From Lytechinus pictus (Eukaryota): DNA of 64,000 bases. This document shows positions 62,001-64,000 of this stretch, one piece after another. Position 1 is the first letter of the stretch. Every line of letters begins with the position of its first letter. The notes below the pieces were generated by a model. It was not told the origin of the DNA. It saw nothing but the letters and a program-made list of their open reading frames with translations, and made no database searches. Made by a program: the position numbers and the translations under genes. The stretch covers positions 66,030,001-66,094,000 of the forward strand of contig NC_087246.1 of NCBI RefSeq assembly GCF_037042905.1, in the 5' to 3' direction.

Positions 62001-63048
62001 AAGTTACAGCCTATATAAGCTCAAATCATTGAATGATCCAAGGAATGTTTTCGTAGTTACATACATGTCATTGATATAAAGTACGATGTCACTTTCACAT
62101 TTCATGGTATGACTTCATTGATAAATGAATTGAATAAAAATACATTGATATATCAAAAATAGCACTACGGCAAGACTTGATTCTTAAGAAAAAATGTGGA
62201 ACTTGTCAAAAATACTATCTCCATTTTTAAAATTCAAACTATATGAAATGGGAAATTGGATAGTCAGCAGTTGACCTGACTCCCGCGATGTGGGTAGGTA
62301 GTTTGGGAATCGACTGTCATGACTGTAGTCGTCCTGTTGGTGGAGATTCTTCATATCGTCGATCTGATTTAGCACCCATTCCCATTTGAGTGGGCCCCGT
62401 CCCCCATTTAATCCAAACACCACAGGCTTTCGATACACATGTAATGATTTACTTAATAAGCCTAATATAAAAAAGAGGTTTGATTAAAATTATATTAATA
62501 AAAAAAAAGAAAAAAAAAGAAAAGAAAAGACGTCTATCAACAGTAGATATTAACATGCTGAAGGCCTAAGTTGTTTTGTCAAGCATATTAGACGTGTTTA
62601 AAAAGAATTACCTGTGAGCTGGTCTTTTCTTGTTAAGCCCTTCCCTGTTCACATATTCCTTGATGGTATGTCCGTAGCCAGCCGGTTGGTGGACTGGAGG
62701 TGGCCCTTGATTGAGCTCGTAGGAAACCTGAGGACTGATTCCAACACTCGTATGCTTCGATCCTATCCCAGTCATCCCAGCATGGCCACGTGTGAGGTCA
62801 GAGATGGATGTGTACCGTCCGGACGAGCCGGGGACCGGACCGACGCCATCGCGCATGATGTCGACAGACTGTCGCCTGGTCATCAGAGCCTGATGACTTG
62901 ATCGGCCTCTCTGAAGTCCGGAGGGGGTCGCAGTTTGGTGTCCAGTCAGTTGTGACCGAGAACCTACCGATGCGTTGTGAATGGACTTACCCCCTGTCAA
63001 CTTTCCACCACCGGGCAAGTGACCTGTTGTATGATTGACCTGGAGGAT
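59026..63048 (-). CDS. Uncharacterised low-complexity protein with C-terminal C16orf78/DUF4638-like motif (5' end unresolved)
   Basis: Phase-consistent exons 63048-62612, 61814-61207, 60993-60832, 59501-59026 (stop), plus a probable extra exon at ~62461-62276. Ser/Gly/His/Lys-rich body. Terminal DPLQVLRCRYLRLSQSNIDTLLEMCRESGIEVGVHPHMNIEDI resembles the C16orf78 C-terminus as recalled from memory. Confidence 0.75.
59816..60605. mobile_element. Tc1/mariner-type foldback element with ~300-bp TIRs
   Basis: TA|CAGTGCGTCCCAGAAAAAACGAAACCGAG...CTCGGTTTCGTTTTTTCTGGGACGCACTG|TA; long near-identical inverted arms. Confidence 0.9.
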
Positions 63049-64000
63049 CTGTTGAATAGAGAGCCATTTCATGAATTAAAATTGACTATAGTATATAATT
63101 TGATTTAATTCAGAGGCGCATGGTCAAGCACTGGATGGATATATTGCTGTTGGTCATATTGCCAAATACAATTGGACAAATTATTGTGCATTGTCCACAA
63201 TGATCTGCATAGATTTCAAAAGTTCTGGGAGAAGCGCCTGTCGATAATGGCTCGTTCACTTTTTTGCGGATTAAATTAGTCGTATCAATCAGGTATGAAT
63301 TACGTTGGAATACACACTGCATATTCATGTAGTACCTGTACATGGTAAAAAATACCGACGTGGTTAAAGGTCAGAACAAGTGTTTACGATTAAGTCTATT
63401 CTTTTAAACTCTTATTGAGCTACATCTTGTTATAGGTTACGCCAAATTCTTTCCACAGGGCATAGAATGTTAATCGAATATATCTTTAAATGGACTCAAA
63501 TCTTAATGATTGCAATTACCAGGGGCGGCACTACAGGGGGCGACCCCTCCCCCCCTGCATGATTGTTCAAGAAGTGAAAAGAAAGAAAAAGAGCAACTAG
63601 ATATAGGAGTATCAAAAACTGAGTTATGGGTCGTGTAGCTCTACATCATTCCTATTATTCAATAGAGAGAAAAAAATACATCATTTCAGGTCGACTATCC
63701 CCACCCCCAATCAAAATGCCCAAGAGTCCGCCTAGTAAGTACAATTAGCCATTTTCTATCTGTAACCATCTACATGTATTTCAATTTTCTTCTAACTATG
63801 GTTCCCTCACGTGCCCTAAACGGTAAAAAAAAAATTAAATCCACAAGGGTGGCGCTAGAGGAGGAGGAGCACATGCTTCAAGTGATAAAAACGAGGATGG
63901 AGAAGAGAAGAATACGAATGTGGAAACTTTATACAGTATCCCAATGTTTTCACACCCTTTTAATGTGAGAAAAAATAAAAGCTGATGAATTTTCTTTCGG

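Noticed and set aside
63110-63343. 77-aa ORF as an upstream exon of the C16orf78-like gene
   Set aside because: No convincing phase-compatible donor or homology; left unannotated.

Overview
Eukaryotic, AT-rich, intron-containing genomic DNA; the repeat landscape suggests an invertebrate deuterostome, probably a sea urchin (inference). Four protein-coding loci are supported. (1) A minus-strand SLC7 L-type amino-acid transporter light chain (~6.1-18.4 kb, first exon uncertain) with a 521-bp PIF/Harbinger-type MITE inside one coding exon. (2) A divergently transcribed, intact 12-exon SLC7 paralogue (31056-52781, ~488 aa). (3) A single-coding-exon GT31 beta-1,3-glycosyltransferase (55088-56179). 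(4) A minus-strand multi-exon gene whose C-terminus resembles the vertebrate C16orf78/DUF4638 motif. The rest is dense with non-autonomous DNA transposons (hAT, Harbinger, Kolobok/T2 and Tc1/mariner types), a Helentron-like element carrying a tRNA-like Pol III unit, a nested pile-up of L2/CR1-type LINEs, a tRNA-derived SINE, a minimal Penelope-type hammerhead ribozyme, a Transib/RSS-like end, and micro/minisatellites. Exon coordinates were derived by hand from splice motifs and from comparing the two paralogues; no database searches were run.
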